64,000 bases of DNA from assembly GCF_009914755.1 (NCBI RefSeq), contig NC_060947.1; one strand, 5' to 3'. Below the pieces are notes generated by a model. It was not told where the DNA came from and did no database searches. It saw only the letters and a program-made list of their open reading frames with translations. The number at the start of each line of letters is the position of its first letter. The first letter of the stretch is position 1. A program made the translations under genes and the position numbers. This DNA comes from the human T2T-CHM13v2.0 reference genome, Homo sapiens. Below are positions 41,290-58,123 of the stretch, in pieces.

Positions 41290-41775
41290 GTAGTTCTCAA
41301 AGCATAGGCCAGCATCAGCATAACCTAGGAACTTTTCAGAGATGCAAGTCTTGGCTGGGCACAGTGGCTCACGCCTGTAATCCCAGCACTATGGGAGGCT
41401 GAGGCAGGTGGATCACCTGAGGTCAGGAGTTCGAGACCAGCCTGACCAACATGGTGAAACCCTGTCTCTACTAAAAATACAAAAATTAGCCAGGCGTGGT
41501 GGCGGGTGCCTATAATCCTAGCTACTCAGGAGGCTGAGGCAGGAGAACCGCTTCAACCCAGGAGGCAGAGGTTGCTGTGAGCCGAGATTGCACCACTGCA
41601 CTCCAGCCTGGGTGACAGAGCAAGACTCAGTCTCAAAAAAAAAAAAAAAAAAAGAGAGAGAGAGAGATGCAGGTCTCACCCCAGAGCTAGTAAATCAGAA
41701 ACTCTGGGGTTGAAGCCCAGTAATCTATACTTTGCGAAGAACTGGGTGGTTCTAACGCATGGTAATTTTTGAGAA
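41290..41775. mobile_element. MER5A-like hAT element split by an Alu
   Basis: tagttctcaaag...cagcatcagcataacctaggaac...[Alu]...aatcagaaactctggggttgaagcccagtaatct. Confidence 0.75.
41353..41662 (+). mobile_element. Alu, AluSx-like
   Basis: Full dimer; TSD agagatgca(a/g)gtct at 41338-41351 and 41663-41676. Confidence 0.97.
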
Positions 41776-41849
41776 TTAAGTTGGATTAAGACCAACACTT
41801 TTGATCTCCAGTTTCCCTCCTTTTCCCCAATGTAGTGATTTGTGTATAA

Positions 41850-42380
41850 ATACGGTGACAATAAAACCTTCTATCCCCAATATGCATACCCCTTTGATAT
41901 GCGATGTGGCATCTCCTCCTTTCACGAGATGAAGTAATTTCCTCATCTCTTGAATCTGGGCTGATCTTTTGAGGTGCTTTGACCAATATAACTTAGCAGA
42001 AGTAACCTACACGTTTCAAAGCCTAGGCATCAGAAGGTCTTGTAGCTTCCACCCGCCCTCTCTTGGAAAACTGCCCTGAGAATACCATGTAATGAAGCCT
42101 AATCTAGCCTACAGGATGATGAGTGGCCTTATGAAGAATCAAGGTTCTGCAACCAACAGCCAGCTGTCAGATATCTGAGAGAGTGCATTTTAGACCATCT
42201 AGCTCCTGTTCACTTGCTAGATAACTGCATCCACATAAGTAACACCAAGCAAGACCATCAGAATAACTATCCAGCTAATCACAGAGCAAACTTCAGACAC
42301 ACAGAATTATGAGCAATAAATCACTCGTTTTGAACTGTTAAGTTTTGGGGTGCTTCTATGCAACAATAGAAACTGATATG
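41850..42380 (+). mobile_element. MLT1-family MaLR solo LTR
   Basis: cttgaatctgggctg...cagaattatgagcaataaatcactcgttttgaactgttaagttttgggg...gcaacaatagaaactgata. Confidence 0.75.
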
Positions 42381-42711
42381 GACAGGTGTCTAAGCAACAA
42401 CAATTGCAAGTTTTGCTTTTTTTTTCCAGTATGTTGATTTGTCCTGATAATTAAAACAATTTATACAGCTCAGGCAAGGCCACCCCATTATAATTTATAA
42501 TTTAAGTAAGCAGCCACAAGGTAGTTTGGTTTAGTGTTCATAAAACAAAACAAGCAACTTTAGGCCTCAGCTTCTACATCTATAAAAGAAGAATACTCAA
42601 CTAGATAATAATTGCAATAATTATTCCAAGTTTGGATTTCTATGGTTCTAAGAAATTCAAATAGAGTGAACCAATTTTTTCTACTTCTTAAGTAGAAAAA
42701 ACACAGAAACA

Positions 42712-43078
<367 letters not shown>

Positions 43079-44244
43079 TCACTTTTACTCCAGATAAATT
43101 TAAGATTGAGTTAAATTATATTAACTGCTGGCCAGCTGCATCTGTATCTGTAATTTTCCATTAGGTTCTTGGACAGAGAGATAGTGTAAAGCACAGCCAC
43201 AAAACAAAACACAGGCTGTGGAGCTTGACATGTGGACTGAAACCCTTGCTTGCTTGCTTTCTAGCTGTGTGGCCTTAATCTAGCTATCTCCCCTCTAAAC
43301 CTCAGGCTCCTTAATCTTTAAAAATTATCTATATGTTCTTTGCAGTTATTTTGAGGATAAAGACATATATGTTAAAGCTACAAGTATATGTGTAGCTTCT
43401 ACATATTTAATAGTAGGAATGCAATGGAAACAATCTGCTATAATGAATTATAAATTCTATTACATTGTAATACAGTACATGAAATAATAAACATATACAA
43501 GAAGCATAATACAAATTAGATTTTCTTTTTTTATATTGCATTTATTTCTGATTAACTTCCTGCAAGTCAGGAAGTCGGGAATAGAAACAATTCTTTATTC
43601 TGATATTTGAACCACCACAGTAAAGAAAAAAGAAAATCTTATTTTAATAAAAGCAGCTCTGAATTTAAATGACTACCTTTTGTTTTTTTTTTCATTCAAC
43701 ATTTGTGTATTTAACATCTTGACTTAATGCTCAGATCTGTTTCGGTTTGCTAAAGAGGATGAAAAGCACCTGCTTTTGAGAAAATTCCTCTTTCCCTTAA
43801 TTCTTTTTTAGCTACTACCACAACTCTGCCAGCTATCACCAAACAGCTTTGAGCTGAGGGCATTCCCAGACTCTCCATACTGGCAGCAATGTGGAGGACA
43901 TAGGAGAAGACAAGAGTGGTGGGGGGTGATGAGACCCTCATGTTGGGGAGAAGGAAGTAGGGCAGTGCTATGAAAGATGAGTATCTCTCATGGCTTCCAT
44001 CACACTTCCCCTGACCCACTCCTCTAGTCTCACTGATCTCCTTAATATTCCGTCATCTTGTTCCTACTTCAGTATCGTTGCTCAGTCTTTTCTCTCCCTG
44101 CCTGGAATAATTTTCCCAGAAATACACCAGGCTCACTTCCTCACTTACATCAGTTTTCTGATGTTCTCTTAACAGACAAGCTTCCCTGACCACACTATAG
44201 ACAATAATACCCTCATCCCATCTCCCTGCTTAGTTGTTCTCTGT

Positions 44245-44397
44245 AATGGTGTTTCTCAAATGTCAGTGTGCACAGGATTCACCTGGGGATTCTATTAAAA
44301 TGCAGATTGTGATTCAGTGGGTCTAGGATAGGGGCCTCAGATTCTGTGTGTCTAACAAATACCCATTGACATCAATCTGTAGACTACACTCTACAGC
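44245..44397. mobile_element. MER5-type hAT element within L2 sequence
   Basis: gtgtttctcaaatgtcagtgtgcacaggattcacctgggg...ttaaaatgcagattgtgattcagtgggtctaggatagggg. Confidence 0.7.
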
Positions 44398-46187
44398 ACT
44401 TATAATTATTGAGACAGTATATATTTTCTTCATTAGTTTATTGTCTTTCTCTTTCAATTACAATATATGTTTTATGAAAGGAGAGACTTTTATTCTATGC
44501 TGTACTCGCAGCACCAGTATGATGCTCAACACATGGAAGTTAATAAATAAAGTGGATGAATTATATATGTTGCTGGAAGTCAAAACTGGAACTTCCAATG
44601 TATTTTTCTTATAAACATTGTTACATTTAGGTAAGTTACACGTTAAATGGATTTCGGCGCCCTGGTTTTGGAGCCTTCCTACCATGTGTAACGTGGCTTA
44701 TATGGGACATAAACTCATGAGTTCAGAGTTTAACAAACTTATAAAACATCATTGGAACATAATCTCTTCATGGAGTTACAGAGTCTGAGGCTGAACCTAC
44801 CAGAGACAGCCAGAAAACAGACACCAATAAATGATAACATAGGAACAAACTATGCATATGCGCTGAGGGAACCAAAAATTACAGCTCATAAAAACAAATA
44901 AACCTGACACAGTTGAGTATAACCCTGATACAGCAATTTCAGTGTCCCAGATTGACAAAAAAAAAAAACCATAATGCTTAAGTCTCCAAAGTCGTTAAAT
45001 CTAACTCTGATGACTGCCGAGAAATCCCAGAGGGCACATGAGATGCACTGTCCCCAGATTGTAGGGCTTCTTTTAATCCAAGCACTATTTATGCCTTCTA
45101 ATGAATTATGATTGTGCTACCCCAGCTGTGATTCTTCCAGTTCAGTATTTTTCTACTTGACATAAAATAAAAATCAACTTTACCTGAAGAACCAGTCACC
45201 ATGCTTTAATGCTTCAATCATTTGATCTTTGAAAAGCAGACAAGGCAAAAAAAAAAACAAAAACAAAAAACAACACCCAAAGATGTTTTTAGTTCTGCCT
45301 AATTATGGAATGGTACAGCAAAGAAGTTTTCTGGCCTCTTTCCCCTGAGAGTCAAAGCCAGCATTAACATTGCCATGAGAATTTATGAATACCTTCTATC
45401 AACAACTGAAGAGGAAAGAAAATAAAATAGACTGAAAATATGCAGTGAAAACAAAAGTTAAAACTACAGCTAAATGAGGAAATATTCCTCCCCCAAGTCA
45501 GCTTGTGGTCCTCCCAATCCATTTTTCTTTTTCTTGAACTAAAAATGGGAGAGCTCTTAAATTGTTTGCAAATGGGACAGGGAGAGGTGCTAGTAGGACT
45601 GTGTGTGTTTCTGTGGTTTCTGTGATTTTTGTAGACATACTTGTCCCTCTTCAGGAACAATGCACACATCCCTGGATGCTAGGAATATTGGTTGTTAATG
45701 GTGTTCCTTACTAAGAATTGCCTTCGGCCTCAGAAAACTTGTCCAAGTTGTCCTTCCACTCTCAGGCAGCAGCCAGCCCCTGGCCAATGGCTGGCTGGAT
45801 CAGGAATACAAGGGCCAGGCCCACTGCCTGCAATTCAGGACAGCTCTGCACAGCCAGCCCAGATGTAGGGCTCCTGCGAGACTGGCTTAGGCCTCTGCTG
45901 CAGACAAATCACATTTCAGACTCTCCCACAATCTCCCTTGTGCTCTTCTCTTCCTTGTGGGTGTATCTCCAGAGAACACTCCCCATATCCCGTTGTCATG
46001 CAACACTTTGAATCAGAGTCAATTTCCAAGGAATGTACTCTAAGACTTTTTGCACAGTCAATAACACAAAGGTTTATCTCTATCTTTAGAATTGAAACAA
46101 ATTTTCTCTCTCACCCAGTCATCACTTCATAGTTGCACTTTTGAACAAATAGCTAGAGCCAAAGAGAATGGGATCCAGTATACTTAC

Positions 46188-46296
46188 AGGCTCCAATAGT
46201 GGTCAGTCCAGGAGCTAGGTCAGGCTGCTTTGCCCTCAGCTCTTGAAGTAAACGGTTTACCGCCTTCCACTCAGAGCTCAGATCTTCTAACTTCCT
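46188..46296 (-). CDS. DMD: Dystrophin exon 50 (109 nt; end of repeat 19, start of hinge 3)
   Basis: Translates RKLEDLSSEWKAVNRLLQELRAKQPDLAPGLTTIGA+T. Acceptor ttaaag|AGGAAG and donor GCCT|gtaagt. The leftover T joins CT of exon 51 to give Ser. Confidence 0.99.
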
Positions 46297-46718
46297 CTTT
46301 AACAGAAAAGCATACACATTACTTATTCGATTAACACTTTGAAGATAATTCATGAACATCTTAATCCATTTGGTGAATATATTATTGGATTTCTATTATA
46401 TTTTACTTCTAAATTAACTTTAGTGGGTAGAATTTCTTTTAAAGGAATTATAATTATTTTAGCCAACCACCCTACAAATATTTATCAATTGCTCCATACA
46501 AAAACCCTTTCTCCAGGCATAATTTTATTTAAAGGAAGTAGAGTGCAAACATTAGTGAAAACAAACCAACAAAAAACAGTTCCCTCTCAGCAACTAGCTT
46601 AATTCTTGAAGAGTATCTATTGTGGTTGCATACTAAAATTATCCAGATAACTTTAGGAAAATCCTAATGTACTGGCTCACCCCCAGTCAATTATATCAGA
46701 GTCTCTTAAAGGGAGGGG

Positions 46719-47005
46719 CTGCAGTGGACACGGGAATATGCTACTCAGAGCCCCCTTCAAAGAAAGACTCTTGTTCTAGATGATGGAAATGATGTCAGTA
46801 GACATTCTTCAACTGTCAGTCCCTTCAGGGACTGCCTGAGCTGCAGAGAGCTGCCTTGTCCAAGTTCATGCCTTTCCCCAGGCAGCCCTCATTCAGTGAC
46901 TGATGAAGGTGAAAGTATAGAGGCCTAATTTGGCTCAAAGCAGGACAAGTTTGAAGGGCTACTTCAGCTGCAGAGCTCCCCGTGGCATGAGGCAAGCCTG
47001 TATAT
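46719..47005 (+). mobile_element. LTR16-like fragment
   Basis: cagagcccccttc...gtcagtcccttcagggactgcctgagctgcagagagctgccttgtccaag. Confidence 0.6.
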
Positions 47006-47007
47006 GG

Positions 47008-47210
47008 CCAGTGGTGTGCTGGTAGATGTATATCAACTGGATCTCTGATCTCAGGGTGTTTAAAAACACCTTGTTTTTAGTGTTTGCCAATTTCTGTGGT
47101 GTAAATATTCCTACCACGGTTAAATTTAAATTACCAAGAAGATAACATCAAGTGGCTCAAAAAATGCCTGGCAATATAACAGTAGGCCGTCCTGAGCTGG
47201 TTCCACTTCA
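47008..47210. mobile_element. MER63-like hAT element
   Basis: ccagtggtgtgctggta terminus; gtgtaaatattcctaccacgg...gagctggttcca. Confidence 0.6.
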
Positions 47211-47414
47211 CTGGGCAGCTAGCTATACGATAATTTATAGCCAGCAGAATGTGAGCAGAAGTGTTGTTTGTCAGTTTGGGGCTGAGGCTTTGAAAAATTT
47301 AGTGAGGTTTCCACATTTTTTTTCCTTTCTATTGCTGGAAGCAGAAGACTCTTAGGTCCTACGGCAAATCTTTACAACTTACTGAGGAGAGAATTAAGTC
47401 CTAACGCCCTAGGG

Positions 47415-47575
47415 CAGTTGTTCTCATACTTTAGGATCAACAGAATCACCTGGAGACCTTGCTAATTGCTGCATGGTAGCCCCGGAGTTCTGGATTTAGT
47501 AGATACTGGGTGGAGCCCAATAATTTGCATTTTTAACAATTTTCCAGGTGGTGTTGATGCTGATTGTTCATGACA
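47415..47575. mobile_element. MER5A-like hAT element
   Basis: cagttgttctca...agaatcacctggag...ctgggtggagcccaataatttgcatttttaacaattttccaggtg. Confidence 0.75.
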
Positions 47576-48865
47576 AAATCCTAAGATATCTATTACACCT
47601 AATCAGTTACCTGAGCATTTATCATAGACTAGATATGTACCATTCTTGAGAACATAATAGACCCTCAGATCATTTTCAATAGGATTTCATCCTCTTGCGA
47701 AACCCGAGCAGAGAAAAGCTACCAAGGGAATGGCAGGCAGAGGAAGAAGATGAACAGGACCTAGGTTTCTGCAATAACATATGTAAGAAAGCTGCTTGAC
47801 TAGGAAAACATACGCTGGGTTGTCATGTGAGCAAGAAAAGAACTCCTATTGTGTTAAGCCACTGAAATATTTAGTTCATTACAAGCAGCAATACCTTACC
47901 AGTATAGTAGCACTAGTCACAAAAGCTTTACCAGTGCCTATAAGAGATAATAGCTGCGTTTTTGTATCACTGTAAATTCCTATGCTTACCTTATGAGGAA
48001 TACAAATAACTTGATTGATGTCGGGTTTGGTTAAAATAAATACATTAGCAGAAATTGCATTTCTAGTCTGAAGAATCAGAGTTGGAAAAGAGCCAGAAAC
48101 TACAAACTCTTTAAATAGGAATGGAATGAACCCAACCTAACTGGAATGTTTCATATACACGTTGTAGTTTAATGCTAATCATTAATTTAATGCGAATCAT
48201 TTCAATGAAACCATTACTTTATTTATTCCAGAAAAATAATTGTTCAGGTGCTACTCTGTGCCAGACTTTGTGCCAGTTACTAAGCTTACAAAACTGAAGT
48301 TCGTAACCTCTAAGCATTCACAGACATGTAAGTAAATTAGAACAGAGATTTTAGGAAAAAATAATGATTTCAACAAGACACCTCGGGGGAACAGCTTAAC
48401 TCAGCCTGGAGAGGTCAATAGGTTACCCACAAAAGCTAACATTTGAATTTATTTTGAAAGACGACTAGGAAGTTTTCAGAAGGGGCCATTCAAGCGCCAG
48501 GTGGAAAAAGGGCATTTCAGACAGAAGGAAAACTACGTGCAAAATGGCAAGAGGTATCGAGCCTTAAAAAAGAAATGCAGTGTGTCCTGGCTATCTAGAC
48601 TACAGTGTTTACAAGTAATGATACAGAGCTGCAAGAATGCAATTTATTAAGACCTTGTAATGTGGGACTATTACATTCTCTTCTAAAACCACAGAGTAGA
48701 TGGAAGTGTTTAGAGAAGAAGAGCCATATGATACGATTCGTGTTTTGCATTGTGGAGGCTTTATCAGAAGGGTGCAGAGATACAAGTTGGGAGGCTGACA
48801 TGGTAACTGGAGTGGGAAGTGGTCAGCTGGACTGAAGGCTTTGGCCATACAGAAAAAGGCAGAGG

Positions 48866-48867
<2 letters not shown>

Positions 48868-48923
<56 letters not shown>
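48868..48923. repeat. (GT)28 microsatellite, STR49 marker (DXS1236)
   Basis: Perfect run in intron 49. Flanks CATATGATACGATTCGTGTTTTGC (~48725) and GTTGAGATTTTGAGCTGGTAAACG (~48943) match the STR49 primer sites as I recall them. Confidence 0.9.
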
Positions 48924-48925
<2 letters not shown>

Positions 48926-49003
48926 TTTTCTTGCCTTTGATAGTTGAGATTTTGAGCTGGTAAACGACGAAGAGAAACTTGCCATCAAATTGTTTCTTCC
49001 AGC

Positions 49004-49484
49004 TGTGGGATATGATGAGGTTTCTCTTCAAATAATCTGATCAATCTTTTATTCTTTAATTCATAGTACCCCCTGATTTTTCTCCTTTTTCCTTTTTACC
49101 TTTGTTAGATGCCCAGGCACACCTCAGTACCAGCTCACATTCATTTCCTTATTTGGAAAGAGGACTAACTTTCTAGCTCATTACAGACGCCCCTTCCCCT
49201 TCCTCTCCACTTGATTTTACGTGCCCACCCTATCTAAAAAAAATCAAATGTTTAGCCAACTGGGATTAGTTTAGATTGTACGACCCAACCCCGGCCAATG
49301 GGGGGAAAGGGTACAGGGGCAGGACTTGCGTCAGGAATAAAGGCTCTCATGCCCCTTTGTTCAGGTGTGCTCTCATGGCAACTGGCCAAGGAGGCACCCC
49401 TCTGTGCAGAAGTAAAATTGCTTTGCTAAGAATCCTTTGTTCGAGTGTTCAATGTCCTCAGGATTTTGAGCATTATTCCTAACA
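49004..49484 (+). mobile_element. ERV1 solo LTR, LTR15-like (481 bp)
   Basis: TGTGGGATATGATGAGG...TTCCTAACA with 4-bp TSD cagc/cagt; internal CCAAT, AATAAA and AGTAAA. Family name from recall. Confidence 0.8.
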
Positions 49485-49809
49485 CAGTCTACCCTGTCAG
49501 CATGTGTCTTTCCAGTCAGACTATGTGCCCTTCGCAAGGCAGGACTGAGTCCTCTATGCCTTGTACGATGTTTTCTTTATATCCAGTCTAGTGCTTCCTA
49601 ATAAGAGGAGTTCAGTAAATATTTCTGAATTGAATAAAATTAAATGAAAATTGCTACTTGAATAAAGGAAAAGAGAAAGAGATAAATAAGTTTCTTTTCC
49701 CCCAACTTGACTTCAATGTGAACTACATACCATGGATGACTTTATATATATATGGGACTTGAAGGAGCCTATGTAGGTTTTCCAGGCGTGCAATCATTTT
49801 ATTAGGCTT

Positions 49810-50096
49810 ATTTTTTCTTTTGAGACAGGGTCTCACTCTGTCACCCAGGCGGGAGAGCAGTGGCAAGATCTCGGCTCACTGCAGCCTCGACTTCCTAGGC
49901 AATCCTCCCACCTCAGCCTCCTGAGTAGCTACTCAGTACTACTACTGAGTAGTACTACTGAGTACATACATTTTTATGTAGAGACGGGGTTTTGCCATGT
50001 TGCCCAGGCTGGTCTCAAACTCCTGGACTCCAGTGATCTGCCCATCCCAGCCTCCCAAAGCGCTGGAATTACAGGTGTGAGCCACCACACCCAGCC
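49810..50096 (-). mobile_element. AluJ with internally rearranged segment
   Basis: gagacagggtctcactc...gcagcctcgac; TSD ttattaggctt at 49799-49809 and 50097-50107. Confidence 0.93.
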
Positions 50097-50469
50097 TTAT
50101 TAGGCTTTTATAAATCCTGAACCAAACTGTATTTAAAAAGTAATCTCATAGACTAGGGTCACAAATTCAGGTCCCTATAGGGACTAGGTTGTAACAAAGG
50201 GAAGAATAAGCCTTGTCTAAATCAGAGAGCTATAACTTCAGATGTGGCTGCTGACTGCCAACAGAAAGGTGGGCATAAGTTAAAAAGCAAAACACAGAAA
50301 AACAAACAAAAAACCCTGCTGATCATATTCCCTCACCAGTGTATACCGGAGAAGTTTCTCTCACATTCTTAAGGTCATAAGGAAGTACAAGAAAGTTTGT
50401 TGCTGCATTGTGGGGAATTGAGGCCAACATGGGTATGTATGTGAAAGAAATGGATAAGGGTATATGTAG

Positions 50470-50828
<359 letters not shown>

Positions 50829-51984
50829 TTATAGCACAATGTAGCTTTTATAAATTTAAAATATACTTATAAATAATATATTTTAAAAGGATAAAGCAGG
50901 AAAGAAACAGGAATAGAGATATTATTGTCACATTTCAGTAATTTTGCTAATCGGTTATTAAACATAACCATTAATATAAATTAAATTTTATAAATATAAA
51001 ATAAACTGTGCTAAGAACAAAAGATAATATATAGTAAGAATTCATCACTTCCTAATTTAACTATCATCAGTGCTCTTGAGACTATGTCTATTGTGTCTGA
51101 CATCAAGTCAAATCAAGGCTTTCAATGTTTTTATCCAGAATGCATGATGTAAATATTTACTAGCATATCAATAAATGTAACTTTTTTATTTATTAAAAAT
51201 CAGTCTTGAACCCAAAAGCAAACAAAAAATAATGCCTCTGATTAGTCAGGAAAACCACCCTTGGAAGTCATCACTCACGGAAGATATTTTCCTGTCCTGA
51301 CATCAGAACCTAAACACTAAAAATTAAATATTCTACGAGACTAGTGAGTAATATATTTGATCTTCTGGTTTCCCTGTGAAGTTTCTGTAACCCTACAAAG
51401 ACAGAATACTAAAAGCAATGAGAAGTAATCATTCTGATAACAGAAAGTAGCAATAGGAGACAATGAACATGAAAAACTTAAAACTGAGAAATGTGGTAAT
51501 CTTAGTCATTTATCAATGAAATGACCTTTCAACATGGGATGAAATCTCATCCTACACCATTTAATTTATAGGAAATCACCTATATGTGCTGAGATAGAGA
51601 GAAAAGGAGAGATAGTGATAGATTAGGGATTGATTTAAATACTGCTGGGGGTATGCCCATCTTTCCACTCAGTAAGCATATTGCCCCTCAGAATGAGGAT
51701 AAAGAGAGATCAAAGTTTGCTGTTTCTATGTTTCTACCAGTTGACTTAGGTTCCACTCTCTTCTCATGGTGTAAGTATCTCAGTGATTTGAGTTAGCTTT
51801 AATACTTAAAGGTATGTATTTATCTTACAGTCTAGCTTCTAAAAGCAAATTAACCACTTCAACTGGGTCTCAACTGAAGAAAGGGTGCTTTGAATTTCAT
51901 GTTCCTCATATAACACTGTATCACTAAACAGAGCAAAAATTGATGTGATAACGACACCCCTGAAAATTAAGAAAAGTTAATTTA

Positions 51985-52200
51985 CATTGTGATTTAGAAT
52001 CAGAAGTCTTAGGTTTCGTTCCTAATTCACTACTACTGGTTGTGTGATCCTTGGAAAATGAGATGGGTCACTAAGATTTATCATCCTTGAAACATGGATA
52101 TAATAATACCACCTAACTCATAGCTTTGTTGGAGAAACTAAACGAGATATTTTATATGGTAAAAATGCTGTGAACTACAAAGCACTATAAATTTGTTGGT
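51985..52200 (+). mobile_element. MIR SINE
   Basis: tttagaatcagaagtcttaggtttc...tgtgtgatccttgg...ataataataccacctaactcatag...gtgaactacaaagcactataaat. Confidence 0.75.
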
Positions 52201-53430
52201 TAGATATTATGCGCTGCTTAATGAAGCAAAACAGAAGATATTCAAGAAAAGTTCTCATTAAAATAGTTACGATAAAATTTTTTTCAGTGCTTTATTAAAG
52301 GACTAGGTTTTAGTTACCTAGAAAATAACATGTTTGTACATGCAATTTCTCTTTTATTAATACATAAACTCTAAATAGTCTGTCCATTTACTCTAATATT
52401 ATCTTTCCCACTCTTATTTCCAGATAGGTAAATGAGGGGTTACTATAATCTCTAATGTAGAGGTGGATTTTTAAAATTAAATGGCACTACCAATGTATCA
52501 CAAATGTCTGAGGACACTGCAATGGGTCAAAGGTTCAATAAGCTCAGAACTGTGTAATTTCCAATCTTTTATAATTATTAGCAAATACTTATGAAATGAC
52601 TACAGTTTTTGATTTGGCTGTTCACAAAAACAATCTTGCTACTTTTTCAAGAGTTTGGTGTACTGTAGAGTTGAAATGGATTATTTATATATTATACAAG
52701 TTCTTTTTTGTTTTGCTTCATTTTGCTTTTCACTTCTCTGGCATTTGCCCATATTTTCAATTCTCTCATCATTCCAATTAAGCTGTAAAATTCATTTGCA
52801 TAACAAAAAATGTTTGGCTGTAGCAACTAGTCAGGTGTTCATCATATAATAAAATTTAAGCAGTGCTCAATAGAAATCTGTAAAAGGTAACAATTTGCAA
52901 TACATGTTAATCATCTATAAGCAAATTTAAGGAAATCAAATAAGTACTTAAATCCCAACTTATTTAAATAGCGTATCAGTGGGATAATAGTTATCAAGTC
53001 CTATTCTTGACTACATCTCCATAATTTTAAAACTTTGAATATGCTAACTAAATTGCAGGTCCAAGGTTTTCCGCACAAGAGCTCCAAACTCAACAGAGTG
53101 AATTCGTGTTCTACCAAAATGGATAAACTTTGGGAATTCTTTTGTTTGTAAATGGAAAAATCAGATTTATTATAGGTGACTTTTGCAGCTGAGCATTATT
53201 CTCCATTGTATATACTTTGCTTGAAAATATTCATTAAATGTTAAGACAACTATATCAAACTATGAAATTTCTGCTTTATGAAGAACAGGAATTAGTTACA
53301 AGAAAAAGTGATTTCTGAATATAGCTTTCCTTTTAAAATTTAAAATGGATAAATATTTAAGGTGATAGATACTGCAATCACTCTGATTTGATCATTATAT
53401 ATTATATGCTTGTATCAAAATATCACTTGT

Positions 53431-55612
<2,182 letters not shown>

Positions 55613-56521
55613 CAAAATATAACTTGTACCGCACAAATAAATATGTACAATTATACACATATAAAATTAAAAATAAAAAAAAAAAATTTTAATTAAGTTT
55701 CCTAAGGTAGCTACAATTGTGGCTGCTTTCTTGCCTCATATTTTTTGGATATTTAAAAAATATTAAATGATTTTTATGTTTTCTATCATTAAGACAAGGA
55801 AAAAAGCCTTCTAGAAATAGATATTATTTGATGTAGAATAAGTAAGGAAAAATAATGTATTTGTTTAATACAATCATAAAAAATCATTTGTTTAAAAAAG
55901 TAAACTAGAATATAGTTTTAAACTCTATTTGAGTTTGAGATTTTCAAAATTTAAAAATATATCTTGTGTCAATGGTTGGCATGCAATTAATATCTACTGA
56001 ATAAATAAAGGACTCTACCTACGGCTGTATATATACAGGCATACATTCGAATATTGTAACTGAAACATCTATGTCTCTTTGTCTCTCTCTTTAAGTGTAA
56101 CTAATACAACTGAGGACAAGAGGTGAAATTCAAATCTCTAAAATGCTTCCCTAATTTCAGCATGAGCTACTGAGTACATGAGACTTTTCACTCAAATATT
56201 CTCTCAGAAAAGAAAGTTGGCTCATATTCAAGACTTTATACTATCTCTTATGTCTCAATTATTTTATTCGGAACCACAATGTTGTATATTAGCCTGAAAT
56301 AACCTCAAGAGATGTGATGCTTACATAAGTATTCTGACAGAATTTGCTTAATTAAAAAGGGAGGCAAAGAAAGTTGATAAATCTTTAGCAATCATTCCTA
56401 ATGTATAGCTTCACAATCACTCGTGGCAGAGATCATTGTAAACGAGTCTTTCAAAGAATTTGTTAAAAAGCCAAACAACTTAAAAAGCAGAAAGAATATG
56501 TTAGTCTATTGGGAATTTTTA

Positions 56522-57425
<904 letters not shown>

Positions 57426-57763
57426 GTATTATGTGGGGATTCAAACAATGCCATATTACAAATAACTTAGCAAGGTGATGAGCTCTACAATTCTAGAATA
57501 TACATACGAAGGGTTTGAATGAAATTGTTTCATAAAATATAAATGTGCCAGGTATTTCTAAATGAGTGTGTTATTTTATAAAATGTAAGACTGCAAATAT
57601 GGAAATGCTACTCAATTAAGAAATTGAATATAATTAGACATTTGACAATCTCATCCATATTTCTAAATGTTTATGTTTACAAGTTGCCCAAAAATCTATT
57701 ATAAATTTTTTCTCTTCTCATTGGGAAAGTGAAGCTCTCCTCAAGTTTATGCATTGGGATTAG

Positions 57764-58123
<360 letters not shown>

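Noticed and set aside
46248-46260. GTAAAC-G-GTTTAC palindrome in exon 50
   Set aside because: Six-bp arms with a 1-nt loop; expected by chance.
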